Source: Bythopirellula sp. (GTDB lineage: Bacteria; Planctomycetota; Planctomycetia; Pirellulales; Lacipirellulaceae). Taken from it: a DNA stretch of 64,000 nt. Location of the stretch: contig OZ244170.1 in assembly GCA_965216565.1 (NCBI GenBank), positions 4,512,001-4,576,000 of the forward strand, written 5' to 3'. Every line of letters begins with the position of its first letter. Within the stretch, counting starts at the first letter, position 1. Shown one piece after another: positions 41,201-49,813 of the stretch. The position numbers were made by a program, and so were the translations under genes. The notes beneath the pieces were generated by a model. The model saw nothing but the letters and a program-made list of their open reading frames with translations, had not been told where the DNA came from and searched no databases.

Positions 41201-41259
41201 CAAGCGCTTGAGAAGGTTCGTAAGGTGCAACTCAGGGCCTGAGAACTCTTAGACATCAT
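38188..41259 (-). CDS. S1 (formylglycine-dependent) sulfatase plus LamG-like domain, dockerin-like repeat and PEP-CTERM
   Basis: PNIVVVLVDD, CAPTRAALQTG, GKWHL, SDHG and EGGLRIPFI. LamG-like region SMEFWVR...HVATVF...IYING. DFNADGNVDG and VPEPNT with a TM segment. The start is probably 41259 or 41256. Confidence 0.92.
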   Translation of the reverse strand: MMSKSSQALSCTLRTFSSACAFSTLLLLCVGISQASTPPNIVVVLVDDQSWNGTSVQMDPNVAGSKSDYYQTPNLEQLAAEGMRFSNGYAAAPICAPTRAALQTGMSPAQLQMTDLTNVYPGSSRYLTAYEGLPLTPPPVALFDDTLLTIPRILEQANPAYVSAMYGKWHLNSSVQANSTPLSSGYDYWEDNPFTSNPASSDPWGMFEKTALTNSFMEDRVNAGEPFFALLSHNGIHPAPRYRPETLAKYQDLPSGTVHHSPEYAAGTEDLDSSLGILMDKIDDLGIEDNTYVFYVSDHGAPTGFSRSTPLRGGKTTLLEGGLRIPFIAKGPGIAANSVSDVLVNTTDLYSTIADLAGFTGEIPENVESATIAPVLHNGGTLPDGMDHLERRFHEGGELYWHSPINTSIGANFRIRPASSVRDGDYKLLVTYGEHGVADFLSLVNLRTDISEYSNLAFSMPAKAAELKAKLDNYLSAVDASFAFDVKVDVTMDWNASNPGAENDSWRTTNDLRSKFRETWSSGGGTEQPTSQESNSFQPGLPSDSFSFDGNDTMRRTFFQVGDDGPRKNTVNVGTPDFDRSASMEFWVRLNSLSSEQILFESGDGTAGISVTLGDADSDTLANDVRLRVLGLAGADDGVSSGTLTDLTVTAKLDKYADPERDYVHVATVFSDDPNDRYGEIYINGALAARVDGLSGTDQSISWDGYDMAGLGNQGGNGIGGNGGSGDLPFSGGFQGEMAMVRFHNHPINSQTILSHYNSVLHPTDYGIHSIAGDVTIPTERPSSVSMNALESNQLFVMQERNDALDDTLFVDALISGTTLLTDPNAATSGHLDAGTAFSSYLVHFDPIGTGDGTLQSVSGAISFEGDILAILLESTSLEETDALLGSIGDYGDSLDRGLTLDLEGFLGISSDQKTLSFGLMVPEDELLQFRVITKLIREADFNADGNVDGADKGIWESAYAVDNQGDANGDGRTDGLDYIIWQQQYTGHTAPLAPVATVVPEPNTLVLCLIVLPFCSRLRSAL

Positions 41260-41532
41260 CTTATCGAAAAGCCAGTATTGAAGCCCAGTTGAGTGCGGAT
41301 GTAGATGCAGCCAAGGTGTCAATTGATATTTGCGTCTCAGGTAATCCGAATGCACTAGATCGAAGAACTAATCTAGTGAGTAATCTACTCGCGGCTAACC
41401 TTCAGTGAGTTGCCATACGCGAGAGCGGCCGAGGCTCATATTTTGCACTAGAAATAAGCACTACTTCCGACAGTTCCTAGCCTCAACCTGACTGAATACT
41501 TTCTATTGTATCAGACAGCGAAGATCTACCAA

Positions 41533-41553
41533 TGCAACTGGCATGCCCCTTGT
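41533..41553. promoter_or_regulatory. Candidate sigma54 promoter on the minus strand toward the sulfatase, overlapped by a weaker plus-strand copy
   Basis: Minus strand GGGCATGCCAGTTGCA (41548-41533) is GG-N10-GC. Plus strand TGGCATGCCCCTTGT (41539-41553) is GG-N10-GT. Confidence 0.5.
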
Positions 41554-41879
41554 GAGGCTAAACGTGCATTTCAGGCCCTGAACCTAGGGCTACCAGCGCA
41601 AGCACAATCCATACCGACAAGGTTGTATTTTCTTCATCGAACCTACGGGCTCCTGGCTCATCGTGAGCTTGGTTGCGATTCAGGGAATACTCTTCCACGT
41701 TCGTTTGCCAGGTGAAATATCTTTTTTGAGCTTCAAAAATCGGAGTATTCTAGTCCCTTCATTTTTGTTGCCCCGGCTGGAGCGGCGATTTAGGATGGCA
41801 AGTTGGCCCCGTTCTGTCGGGACCATTGCCCGGAACAGACGAGAGCAGCGGGCGAATTGCTCGAGATGGCAGGACTTGA

Positions 41880-44800
41880 TTGACCACTTTGAAGAGAGGG
41901 GCTCGGCTTACGCTGCGCCAGAAACTGATGGCCGACTGGAAATCACTTCTTACAAATCGATTGCCGAAGGGCAAACGCCGCCAACGCCGCACAGTCACTA
42001 CCTACGCGCGTCGACTTCAAAGTGAATTGCTCGAAGATCGCCGGATGCTGGCCACTATTACGGTGACCAATGCGCTGAACGTTGCCAATGGAGATACCAC
42101 TTCAATAGGCACCCTAATCGGGGCAGACGGTGGCGATGGAATATCACTCCGCGAAGCAATCATTGCTGCCAATAATACGGTGAATGCTCCCATCGGGACT
42201 CCTGACGTAATCAATTTTGCCATCCCAGGCGCAGGGCCGCATGTTATCGACGTCAGCAGTGGTGCCGGTGCATTGCCATCGATTACCGACGCGGTAACGA
42301 TTGACGGCTACTCAGAGAACACTGATGGTGCGGCCTCGGCCAATACGAATTCGATCGCGGGAATAATCAATGCAACGATTCTGATTGTGCTTGATGGAAA
42401 TGGGTTAATCGCCGATGGGCTGCAGATTGCTGCAGGAGGCAGTGGCAGTTCGATTCGAGGCCTGAACATTCGCGAGTTTGATGGCATTGGAATCTCCATT
42501 GTCGACTCCAACAACAACGTCCTCGCCGGCAACTTCATTGGCACAAGTTCAGATGGGAATGCGGCTGCTGGGAACAGCGCGGGTGTGTCGATTACTACCG
42601 ACAGTATGAACAACTCAGTGGGTGGCACTTCCGCAGCCGATCGTAATCTCATTTCCGGGAATAATAGTTCTGGTGTGGCTTTATCTAGTGGTGCCACGGG
42701 AAATACAGTCCTTGGTAACTTCATTGGCATGCAGGCCAATGGTATTACGCCACTCGGTAACGGTGGGAGTGGTGTGTTCGTCAATGATACTGCCAATGGA
42801 AATACGATTGGCGGAACTACAGGGCAATCGCGGAATGTCATTTCTGGAAACAACATAGGTGTAAGGCTCAACACGGTGAGCAACACCATGGTGCAGGGAA
42901 ATTACATTGGAGTTGACCGCACTGGCGGAAACGATGACGGCAATACCAACGACGGTGTCCTCATTGAAGATGGTTCGACTAATAACACGATTGGTGGAAC
43001 GACTTCCGCAGCGCGGAATATCATCTCGGGAAATGATGGGCATGGTGTTTCCATTTTCGGTAATGTCACCGATAGCAATACCGTCTCTGGCAATTATATA
43101 GGTACTAATTCAACCGGCACGGTGGATGTTGGCAACTCTCTTGATGGCGTGAATATCGACGAGTCCGACAATAACACTATCGGCGGTAGTGTAGTGGGCG
43201 CAGGAAATCTCATCTCCGGTAATGACGAAGACGGCGTGCACATTGGAGACGGAGCCTTCATCAACGGTGACGATGCCACGGGCAACAACGTACAGGGCAA
43301 CCTCATCGGCAGTGAAGTAACAGGGATGACCGCCTTGCCCAACTCGCGTTTTGGCGTTTATATCCAAGGTGCGTCTGGCAATACCATTGGCGGTACTACG
43401 GAGAACGAACGCAACATTATTTCTGGCAACGGAGCTGAGGGTGTGCAGATTACTGGTTCTACGGCAACCGGAAATCGAATTCGCGGTAATTTCATTGGGA
43501 CTGACGCGACAGGCGCGGCACCACTGGCGAATGCTTTCGACGGAGTGGAGATCATCGATGGATCGAACAATGAAATTGGGGGTACCGTTCCTGGCGCGGG
43601 CAATGTCATTGCATTCAACACGAATGAGGGCGTCGAAATTGCAGGCACGCCCGCCACAGGCAATGCAATTAGGCAAAACTCGATATTCAACAACGGCACA
43701 GCTGGTGAGCTCGGAATCGATCTCAGTGCCTTGGCGATTGAAGGAGATGGGACGACGGCCAACGATGGGAATGACGTAGATGAAGGTGCCAATCGATTAC
43801 AGAATTTTCCCGTCTTTGTGGGCGATGCGACCCTGTTGGGGAATTCGATTGCTTTTCGATATCGAGTGCCCACTGCTGCAGCGAACGCTACCTATCCGTT
43901 GACGGTGGAATTCTTCGTAGCGGACTCAGCCAATCAAGAAGGTCAATCGTTCTTGGGGAGTGACACCTACACCGCGGCAGAAGCTGGAACATCGAAGATT
44001 GTGGTGATTCCCGCCCCGCCAGTATTAACAAACAATTCTTTCGTCGCCACCGCGACCGATTCTGATGGCAATACCTCAGAATTTTCAGCCCCAGTGCAAA
44101 TCGCCCTACCGAGGATTCTGGGTTCCGAGCCAACCGTTATTCTGCCCGATGAGTTCATCAACATCGATCAGGTGAATCGGTATCAATACATTTCCCACTC
44201 GACTGGCAAGACGGTCTTCCGAATTGATTTTCTGCACTTGTTGGGCGATCTCGCTATAGAAGTGAGAGACGAAGATGGCAATCTGTTGGCTATGTCTGAT
44301 ACTTCGTCACCAGATCAGAATTTTGAAGAACTAATAATCCCCACTGTGGGACAAGAACCCTATTTCATCAATGTCGTTGCCGTCGATTTCAATGACGACA
44401 ATGGTCAAACCTATGCCTTAGAAGTCGAGAACTTCCCCGCCCCAGTACCAACAGGCGTACATCTCGATCCGGCTAGTGATTCGGGCATGATGAACAACGA
44501 TGGCGTGACTAACATCACGACACCTACGTTTTTCATCCAGACAGATGTTCTGAATTTCGTCGATACCAACTTCGATGGATTCTATTCCGATCCCGATTTT
44601 GTCGGTCCCCCTGTCAATCCGTTCGATGCAATCCACGCACTCACTGCTGCCGAAGCGCAGGCGATTGTCGATGGGACACCGGAAGCCGATGATGAGGACG
44701 GCGGCATTGCCGTCGAAGTGACGCTGGTAAACACCACAACGGGCGATGTATTCACTTTCTTCGCCGATCCACTAGTACCGGCGATCCCTGAGGTGTATCA

Positions 44801-47800
44801 GTTAACACTGACAGAAGATTTGGCCGATGGCGTGTACTTGGTTTCTGCTCGCACGAAAGTGTTCGATGGCCAGGGGGATGAAAATGGCGATCCAGATCAG
44901 GCGATGGGACGCAGCAACGCTTCGCCGCCACTGTGGTTTACCATCGATACGGATGGACCGGTGGGCGGAATATTCGACATCCTGGCCTCCAGCGATTCGG
45001 GGATGTTCGACAATGATAATGTGACAAACAAAATGCAGCCAGCATTCATTGGCATAGATGCTGAACCCAATGCAAAAGTGACTGTGATTGCTCAACGCAC
45101 TGACCCTGCGACTGGCGAGCCACTTGATGGAGGAGCCATTGTCGGGACTGGGGTTGTCGACAGCTTTGGCCAATGGGAAGTGACCGTCGAGCCGCTAGTG
45201 GATGGGAAATACAACTTCTTCTATGCTCTCACTGACCTCGCTGGAAATGCCAGCAATCCGCAGGGTACAACGGCGTCAGTAACAAATAACACCAACATAC
45301 AGATTCCTGATGGTGGCGCACCTATCGAATCGACGATCGAGATCTCGCAAGATGATTTTCCTGGGTTGGTGGGAAATCAAGCGATGATTAACCCACTGCT
45401 TGATGTGAATGTGACAATCAACATCGAACATACGGCCACAGTGGACCTGGAGGTCTTTCTGGTTAGTCCCGGCGGTACAGAAATTGAACTGACAACACGC
45501 AACGGAAATTTTGATGATGACTACACAGAGACCACATTCGACGATGTTGCGGCTTTGGGAATTGTCGATGGTACGGCTCCTTTCACAGGACGATTCCGTC
45601 CCGAAGAACTGCTGGAAGGACTAAACGGTCCGTCGCCCTTTGGCACTTGGACACTTCGAGTCCAAGACGTTGAGAACATATTTACTGGAAATCTCCTCGA
45701 TTGGACGCTAGAGATTCACACACCCTTGATGGTTGTGATCGACACCGAAGCACCCAACACGCCGTTTTTGGATTTGGTGTTTGAAGACAAGAACGTCACC
45801 AGCAACAACATGCCAACGGTGTCGATGACGACGACCGATCCTAATATCAATTTGGCGGAGTTCTTGTGGAGCGATAACCTGAAGTTCCGCATTTACGATC
45901 GCTTCGAGAATACGGCAGAATTCTTGCTCTACGATTCGGCGCTAGACGCGGATGTCGATAATGAGAATTTCGCGGGTGATATGTTCACAGCACTCACGCT
46001 GATCGAGGAGATGCTGCCGGAACAGTTTTTTAATCAAGTGGGTACCAACGACGCCGTGATCGAAGTGAACGGCGTTGGAAAACTTGCCGATGGTATGCAC
46101 AACTTGAAGTTGGAAGTGGAAGATCGTGCCGGCAATATCAGCCACGATTTCCTCTTGAAAATCACGGTCGATACGCGTCCTCAGTTGGGCGTGTGGGCGG
46201 CTGGGTCGGTGCAGGTAGGCGGCATCGGCAGGTTGGATGGCCACAAACTTGGCCACGATACGTCCTTCCGCATTGGCACCGACCTGGACTATATCTTCGC
46301 CGGCAAATTCCATTTGCAAGACGTGTATCAGATGGAAGGTGAGAATGGAGAGTTCGTCCAGCATCCCAGTGGGTACGACACCCTGGCTGCCTTTGGCCGC
46401 ATCTATGAGGGCGGATCGTTCCGCTATCGCTGGTTAGTCGACATTAACGGCAACGGCTATATCGACCCGACTACCGAGATCTTCTTCGAGCCCGCCGGTG
46501 CCAACATTACTGGCTATCCTGTTGCGGGCAACTTTGATGGTGACCCGACCAATGGCGACGAGGTAGGGCTCTTTGATGGCCGTTTTTGGTACTTTGACAC
46601 AGATCACGATTTCAACGTTTCAGATGAAACACCGGTCGAAGCGATCAACTACACGGGCTTCCCCATAGCCGGTGACTTTGACGGAGACCAAAACAATGAT
46701 CAAGAGGCACTGGTCAATACCTTCGTCGATGTCGACAACGATGGCGACGATGACGTGGCCACGTACATCGCCACGACCTCGGGCGGAAATCTGTTCTCGG
46801 TCGATATCAATAACGCTGGACCAGGGAACCCGATTGCCATCGATGGAATTGCGGATTACTCATTCCACGTTGGCTCGTCTTTCGCATCGGGAATCGGTTT
46901 TGCTGGTACGCGAGAACGCCCGATTGCTGCGGATTTCAATGGCGATGGGATCGACGACTTCGGCCTCTGGGTGCCTGACGGCATCAATCCTGTTCCTGAT
47001 GAACTGTCCGAGTGGTTTATCCTGGTTTCGGGCGACGATCCTACAACGCCATTTTTTGAAGAAACCAACGTGCTCGAACGTATCCTGAATGGCCCCACAA
47101 ATGGCTTTGTGCCATTTTCGCCCACGATTGGCGATATCTATGCTCAATTTGGCAATACGTTTTCACTACCAGTGGTCGGGCAATTCCTACCGCCGGGGGT
47201 GCTGAATTTCGTGGTCAATGGCATGGTGCCGAACGGACCAGAGATCATCCAAGAAATCGACGAGCCAGCGGGTGGACCTGTCGCGACGGTTCAAGAAGAG
47301 CCACAGACTCCCGAGCAGCCGGAGCAAAGAGATGTTGTCGTCAAGGATGTGGAACGGGAGGAAACACCTGTCGCAGCCGCGGTTGAACTACCGAGCATCA
47401 GCGAGCCGGAGGAGCCCGCCCAAGAGCCTGCCACGCCGCCGGCCACGACAATTCCCGACCCTCGAGTTGCTGCTGCAACTGAAGAGAATCCAGTTGAGAC
47501 CAAGACCGAAGCCACTTCTCTTACACCCACCGGGACAGCCGATCCTGCGGTGATCGTCGCGGAAGTGTCGTCAGAATCACCCGATGCTGGTGGGCGTGTC
47601 GAAGCCTTAGGTGCGGAGGAAACCTCCCGTCAGGCAAACGAATCGAAATCTGCGGAGGACGCTCCGGTTGCCCCCGTGGAGACCACTGCTCAGTCGCGAA
47701 ATCGTTCGCGCAGCCGGTCCAGGTCGCTCTCATTTAGCTTCTTCAGCAAACCAAAGAGAGTCTCGCCGCCGGTTGTAGAGAAAGTCATCGAGATTCCAGT

Positions 47801-48191
47801 GGTGAGGGAAGTCGTCTCGGTCGAAGAGCCAATTGCTGACGTGCCGATTGCAACCGTTGCGGCTGATCCAACTCCAGTTGCCAAAGAGACATCGGCTAAG
47901 ACTGAACCGGCTAATACTTTGCGAGCCGAGCCAGATGTGGCAGCGGTTACCCCTGTGGTCATCGACACGATTAGCATACCGATCGAACGCGTCGACCCGG
48001 TCGAGGCTCCAGCGGTAGTGGATGAGTATCTCGAAAAGCTCAGTGGACTCGAACTTGCCAAGCCCGACCTTCAGCCCGACGAGGAAATAGTACGGGAGCA
48101 GGTGGCCACGCAAGAGGTCGAATCCAAGGTGAAGGCAACCACACGATCTCGAGGTCGTGTGCGCTCGCTGGCCTTTTCCAACTGGTTCTAG
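41880..48191 (+). CDS. Giant planctomycete extracellular protein (2103 aa): LExRxLLA leader, right-handed beta-helix, Ig-like domains, proprotein-convertase P-domain, FG-GAP-like repeats, low-complexity tail
   Basis: Basic leader ending LEDRRMLA. Repeated N.IGG....RN.ISGN...GV and GN.IG. Ig-like units SDSG...D.VTN..(T/Q)P.F and D.AGN. P-domain V.INIEHT...DL.V.LVSP.G...GTWTL.V.D....G.L..W.L. GDFDGD and DFNGDG repeats. Confidence 0.9.
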   Translation: MTTLKRGARLTLRQKLMADWKSLLTNRLPKGKRRQRRTVTTYARRLQSELLEDRRMLATITVTNALNVANGDTTSIGTLIGADGGDGISLREAIIAANNTVNAPIGTPDVINFAIPGAGPHVIDVSSGAGALPSITDAVTIDGYSENTDGAASANTNSIAGIINATILIVLDGNGLIADGLQIAAGGSGSSIRGLNIREFDGIGISIVDSNNNVLAGNFIGTSSDGNAAAGNSAGVSITTDSMNNSVGGTSAADRNLISGNNSSGVALSSGATGNTVLGNFIGMQANGITPLGNGGSGVFVNDTANGNTIGGTTGQSRNVISGNNIGVRLNTVSNTMVQGNYIGVDRTGGNDDGNTNDGVLIEDGSTNNTIGGTTSAARNIISGNDGHGVSIFGNVTDSNTVSGNYIGTNSTGTVDVGNSLDGVNIDESDNNTIGGSVVGAGNLISGNDEDGVHIGDGAFINGDDATGNNVQGNLIGSEVTGMTALPNSRFGVYIQGASGNTIGGTTENERNIISGNGAEGVQITGSTATGNRIRGNFIGTDATGAAPLANAFDGVEIIDGSNNEIGGTVPGAGNVIAFNTNEGVEIAGTPATGNAIRQNSIFNNGTAGELGIDLSALAIEGDGTTANDGNDVDEGANRLQNFPVFVGDATLLGNSIAFRYRVPTAAANATYPLTVEFFVADSANQEGQSFLGSDTYTAAEAGTSKIVVIPAPPVLTNNSFVATATDSDGNTSEFSAPVQIALPRILGSEPTVILPDEFINIDQVNRYQYISHSTGKTVFRIDFLHLLGDLAIEVRDEDGNLLAMSDTSSPDQNFEELIIPTVGQEPYFINVVAVDFNDDNGQTYALEVENFPAPVPTGVHLDPASDSGMMNNDGVTNITTPTFFIQTDVLNFVDTNFDGFYSDPDFVGPPVNPFDAIHALTAAEAQAIVDGTPEADDEDGGIAVEVTLVNTTTGDVFTFFADPLVPAIPEVYQLTLTEDLADGVYLVSARTKVFDGQGDENGDPDQAMGRSNASPPLWFTIDTDGPVGGIFDILASSDSGMFDNDNVTNKMQPAFIGIDAEPNAKVTVIAQRTDPATGEPLDGGAIVGTGVVDSFGQWEVTVEPLVDGKYNFFYALTDLAGNASNPQGTTASVTNNTNIQIPDGGAPIESTIEISQDDFPGLVGNQAMINPLLDVNVTINIEHTATVDLEVFLVSPGGTEIELTTRNGNFDDDYTETTFDDVAALGIVDGTAPFTGRFRPEELLEGLNGPSPFGTWTLRVQDVENIFTGNLLDWTLEIHTPLMVVIDTEAPNTPFLDLVFEDKNVTSNNMPTVSMTTTDPNINLAEFLWSDNLKFRIYDRFENTAEFLLYDSALDADVDNENFAGDMFTALTLIEEMLPEQFFNQVGTNDAVIEVNGVGKLADGMHNLKLEVEDRAGNISHDFLLKITVDTRPQLGVWAAGSVQVGGIGRLDGHKLGHDTSFRIGTDLDYIFAGKFHLQDVYQMEGENGEFVQHPSGYDTLAAFGRIYEGGSFRYRWLVDINGNGYIDPTTEIFFEPAGANITGYPVAGNFDGDPTNGDEVGLFDGRFWYFDTDHDFNVSDETPVEAINYTGFPIAGDFDGDQNNDQEALVNTFVDVDNDGDDDVATYIATTSGGNLFSVDINNAGPGNPIAIDGIADYSFHVGSSFASGIGFAGTRERPIAADFNGDGIDDFGLWVPDGINPVPDELSEWFILVSGDDPTTPFFEETNVLERILNGPTNGFVPFSPTIGDIYAQFGNTFSLPVVGQFLPPGVLNFVVNGMVPNGPEIIQEIDEPAGGPVATVQEEPQTPEQPEQRDVVVKDVEREETPVAAAVELPSISEPEEPAQEPATPPATTIPDPRVAAATEENPVETKTEATSLTPTGTADPAVIVAEVSSESPDAGGRVEALGAEETSRQANESKSAEDAPVAPVETTAQSRNRSRSRSRSLSFSFFSKPKRVSPPVVEKVIEIPVVREVVSVEEPIADVPIATVAADPTPVAKETSAKTEPANTLRAEPDVAAVTPVVIDTISIPIERVDPVEAPAVVDEYLEKLSGLELAKPDLQPDEEIVREQVATQEVESKVKATTRSRGRVRSLAFSNWF

Positions 48192-48397
48192 ATAAAGAAA
48201 CCACTAAGCTGCAGTTCTGCAAGCACGTTTCCTACCAGCCAGTTGCCCAGGTGCGCGGCCGTCTCCGTTTGCCAGAGCAACCCTCCACTGGGCAGAATGA
48301 CGAGTGCTACTAGCCAGCCACCGGCGACCAAGGCGGCAAATCGTTTTGATTCTGGCGAGTCGATCGTGGGGTGGGAAACTGAGTTCTCTTGAAGCAT
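48188..48397 (-). CDS. Possible small membrane protein (hypothetical)
   Basis: ATG at 48397 and a hydrophobic segment FAALVAGGWLVALVILP. It shares the CTAG stop palindrome with the convergent giant gene. No family recognised. Confidence 0.3.
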   Translation of the reverse strand: MLQENSVSHPTIDSPESKRFAALVAGGWLVALVILPSGGLLWQTETAAHLGNWLVGNVLAELQLSGFFI

Positions 48398-48581
48398 GGC
48401 TTGTACCTCAACTTTAGCTAGTTCATGCCGATAGTTCGTGAATCTTCGCCACTCTTTCGAATTGTTACGGACGTGCCCACCGGAAGGTTCGGGCAAGCCA
48501 GTTGAGATTACTGTGCTATCACTGGACCATGCTGCTGGATTCGCAAAACCGTCTAGACCTAGTGAACTCTAAGCGCGAAGT

Positions 48582-49685
48582 TTAGCCAAACATTTGCGAG
48601 AGCTCGCGAAGCGAGTCTATGGCCTCATCAAGTTCCGGGGCTTCAACACCTGCCTTGCGACCAGCCCGATCGCACTGCCCGAGTAGCACTAAATCCTCGA
48701 ACCATTCCGATTCGCGAAGTCGACGCAAGCGGCGGCGACCAATCGTTTGATCGGCGATGTCGTGGGCCAGCATGTGATGTTCAATGAGCCACCCAATTCT
48801 CTCGGTGACGAGACCATCGAGCGCCTCCAATCCTGCTTCAACGTGATTGAGCGAATCGATGCCTTTGCCCACATCGTGCAGCAGTGCGGCAGTCTGGAAC
48901 TCTTCGTCATAGGGCAATTCGTCGCGGGCTAAGTCGAAGACTTGCAAGCTGTGATACAGCGCATCGCCTTCAGGATGATATTTCAACGACTGCTTGACAT
49001 TCTCCAGCGGCAAGAGCAAGGCTTCATACACCTGGAAGCGATCGAATTCTTCTTGCGCCGATTCTAAGGCATCCTCAATATCTACATCGGGATACTCTTT
49101 GGCTAGAACCTGAAGTAGCTCGGCCGCACTCGCTCGTTCGATAGCTTTGCCTGTGATCGAACTCTTAAAGACATAGTGCGCCTGGTTGCTGGGATAGATC
49201 GTTAATTCAAAGGGAAATTCTCCGGCGATATGAATATGATGGTAGACGCGCTGCTCGCCATGTTTACGGACTTCTTTCCGCTGGACATCGTGGTGCCAGC
49301 CTTCGTGGTCGAGGACGTGCGAGACGGCCTCCACGGTGTCGGAAAACACATGCAGATCGATATCCGATCCATGGCGGATATGGCCGGTGAGTACGCTGCC
49401 GATGAGACGCGGACGGAATGGAGACAAAGTACGCATGAGCCCTAAAGCCGCGAGGCGCATACTGAGCAGGTTTTGGCTGCGTTGTTCCCCTTCGTAGAGC
49501 CGCGCGAGTAGTTGAACCTGATCGCGGATCTCGGTGTTGCTGGGTAAATCGCGAGGCTTGGCCCAACCTTGGCAGAGTCGGCGGGCGGCTTTCATCTTGG
49601 CACGGTAGTACTCCGATTCCTGCCGCTGGTACATCAGGCGGGCAGCTTCCCAGGCAATTTGCCGCCGCAGTTTATTAGATTCCAT
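48582..49685 (-). CDS. Pol-beta-superfamily nucleotidyltransferase fused to an HD phosphohydrolase domain
   Basis: LIGSVLTG.....SDIDLH (GS...DxD) and HPEGDALYH...LLHDVGK...H...HH...D. N-terminal helical region LRRQIAWEAARLMY. The start is probably 49685. Confidence 0.85.
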   Translation of the reverse strand: MESNKLRRQIAWEAARLMYQRQESEYYRAKMKAARRLCQGWAKPRDLPSNTEIRDQVQLLARLYEGEQRSQNLLSMRLAALGLMRTLSPFRPRLIGSVLTGHIRHGSDIDLHVFSDTVEAVSHVLDHEGWHHDVQRKEVRKHGEQRVYHHIHIAGEFPFELTIYPSNQAHYVFKSSITGKAIERASAAELLQVLAKEYPDVDIEDALESAQEEFDRFQVYEALLLPLENVKQSLKYHPEGDALYHSLQVFDLARDELPYDEEFQTAALLHDVGKGIDSLNHVEAGLEALDGLVTERIGWLIEHHMLAHDIADQTIGRRRLRRLRESEWFEDLVLLGQCDRAGRKAGVEAPELDEAIDSLRELSQMFG

Positions 49686-49813
49686 CAAAGTGCGCTGTAA
49701 GCCCATGTGACCAGCGCGCGGGCATTTGGGGTAGGAGTTCGAGTTGCAGAGAAGCAAATCTCGATAAGTCCATTATAGACGTGTGACGGATTGCTTCCAG
49801 CCAATTCGCCACT

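Noticed and set aside
42500..43700. CRISPR array or DNA tandem repeat
   Set aside because: The repetition is at protein level (beta-helix coils) with degenerate codons; I saw no constant repeat-spacer pattern anywhere in the window.
48582..49685. CBASS/CD-NTase or MNT-HEPN toxin-antitoxin defence system
   Set aside because: No adjacent effector, HEPN, or Cap2/Cap3 gene is visible; the context is not defence-like.
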